Assembly: GCA_043228905.1 (NCBI GenBank) | Contig: JBHGNT010000007.1 | Span: forward strand, 21,390,001-21,454,000 | Reading direction: 5' to 3' | DNA length: 64,000 nucleotides | Source of the DNA: Azolla caroliniana | Lineage: Eukaryota > Plantae > Polypodiophyta | Part shown: positions 62,601-64,000 of the stretch, one piece after another | How positions within the stretch are numbered: position 1 is the stretch's first letter | Layout: each line of letters opens with the position of its first letter | Position numbers and translations under genes: made by a program | Notes under the pieces: model-generated | Told to the model about the DNA's origin: nothing | Databases searched by the model: none | The model's input: only the letters and a program-made list of their open reading frames with translations

Positions 62601-64000
62601 TCCTTCGGTCTTTTCGCACGTGCCCACTCCTGGCCTCTCATCCTCACGGCCACCGCCCATCTCTCCGGTCTGATGTCCGCGCTCGGGCACAACCGCCGAA
62701 GTCTCTGGCCCCGGTGTCGAGGGATCTCGCCTCCATCCGCCACAAACCTCCTCTTTGTCATTTCGGTTGCCCGCCTTGCCGCTGCCACCGTCCGTCTCTC
62801 TAGGTCTCACACCGGCTCTCGGACTGGTTGTTGGAGTCTCTAGGACCGGTGTGTGGAAGGTCGCGGCACCGCCACTCGTCTCCTCTTCTTCCTCGATTTC
62901 GCAAGCCTCGAGTATGCTCGCGAAATCCTCGTAGAACGTTTTGGGCAACCGCGCCCCGAAACTTTTGCCCACTCTCGAAATGGCGTCCAGTGTTCCGTAG
63001 ATATCGGCCTCATCCATGGCCGTCCTCTTTCCACAAGTCGAGAGGGTTGCTCGCTCCGCACCCTCTCCCACATCGTCGCCGTGGTCGCCCGCCTTGCCGC
63101 CGCCACCGTTCGTTACCCTAGGTCTCACGCGGGCACTCGGGCCGACCGCCGAGGTCTCTTGAACCGGTGCGTGTAAGGTAGCAACGCCGCCGCTCATCGA
63201 TGCTATGCCCGTAGCCACCTCCATTCGGACATCGTCGTCCGTGGCTACCCCGCCTCCGTATATACAAGCATCAATTATGCTTCCGCCTCCTCTTCCACGG
63301 TCTCCTTACCATTGTCTCGGTTGCCTGCCTTGTCGTCGCCACCGCCCGTCGCTCTAGGTCTCACACCGGCTCTCGGGCCGGTTGCTGGAGTCTCTAGGGC
63401 CGGTGTGTGTAAGGTCGCGGCACTGCCGCTTGTCTCCTCCTCACTCGATGTTTCAGGCCGCCATGTCCCGAATTCGTAGTTACCGGCCTCCATGGCCGTC
63501 CATTCGCCGCAAGACGAGAGAGTCGCTCTTTCTGCACCCTCTCCCATGTCACCATCGTGGTCGCCCGCCTTGCCGCCGCCACCGCCCATCACTCTAGGTC
63601 TCACACCGGCTCTCGGGTCGGTTGCCGGAGTCTCTAGGCCCGGTGTGCGTAAGGTCCCGGCACCACCGCCCGTCTTCTCCCCGCTCGATGTTTTGGGCCT
63701 CCATGCCCGAACTCCCTCATGTCCGCTCGAACTGGCGATCGCCGCCTCACCGTCCCCGACCTCTTCCTCGGTCGATCTTTCTCTGCATGTCGAGAGGGTG
63801 GCTCGCTCCGCACCCTCTCCTGTGGTACCGATGTACCATTCTCTTTCGGCCTCCTCATCCTCCGATCCGCTCGGGCCCAACTCCGCAATAAGCCCTTCTT
63901 CGGCTTCGATTTGAGCCTCTATGATCTCGTACGCTTCCCGCACCAACGCTTCGATGTCGAGGTCCTCCGAACCGATTTGCGTTGAGCTTTCTTCCGGCGG
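59674..64000 (-). mobile_element. Non-autonomous Trp-gypsy derivative 'K' in tandem arrangement around a shared LTR (60242-60968)
   Basis: PBS complement TCACGTCGGGTTAACCA 60221-60237 on one side of the LTR and the family 3'-end motif 60969-61006 on the other; 59675-59773 is repeated at 63902-64000. Confidence 0.85.
61562..63946 (-). pseudogene. K internal low-complexity, repeat-built coding region (E/G/T/A-rich), continuing from a gag N-terminal remnant
   Basis: ORFs 63275-63946, 62478-63224 and 61562-62485; roughly 240-bp repeats (TLHTPALETPATGPRAGVRPR-like units). Confidence 0.6.

Noticed and set aside
61359-62843. Long plus-strand ORFs in K, and the many antisense ORFs over other elements
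   Set aside because: These are shadow ORFs in GC-rich repetitive sequence opposite the element's coding strand, with no recognisable motifs.

Overview
This window is almost entirely nested transposable elements from a plant genome. The element types suggest a non-seed plant such as a moss, but that is inference. No host gene, rRNA, real tRNA gene or CRISPR array is supported. I resolve about 15 LTR-retrotransposon insertions, with TG..CA ends, PBS/PPT sites and, where both ends survive, target-site duplications (TSDs). (1) Ty1/copia elements primed by tRNA-iMet, including one intact, very young Tnt1-like copy at 19819-25321. (2) A tRNA-Trp-primed Ty3/gypsy family with 4-bp TSDs, plus non-autonomous and tandem derivatives. 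(3) Two tRNA-Arg-type, Tat-like gypsy elements carrying a long extra ORF. A probable DNA-transposon relic with dense palindromic repeats lies at about 53640-56427. The most unusual signal is in the two Tat-like elements: neither has a polypurine tract next to its 3' LTR. Each instead carries a tRNA-Arg 3'-half mimic ending in CCA exactly 2 nt before the LTR, with a covarying inserted hairpin. Second, the Trp-gypsy family has a conserved GGAUUUU -1 frameshift signal with a covarying stem-loop, placed after the protease. All calls were made by eye; no database searches were run, and tRNA identities rest on recalled plant tRNA sequences.
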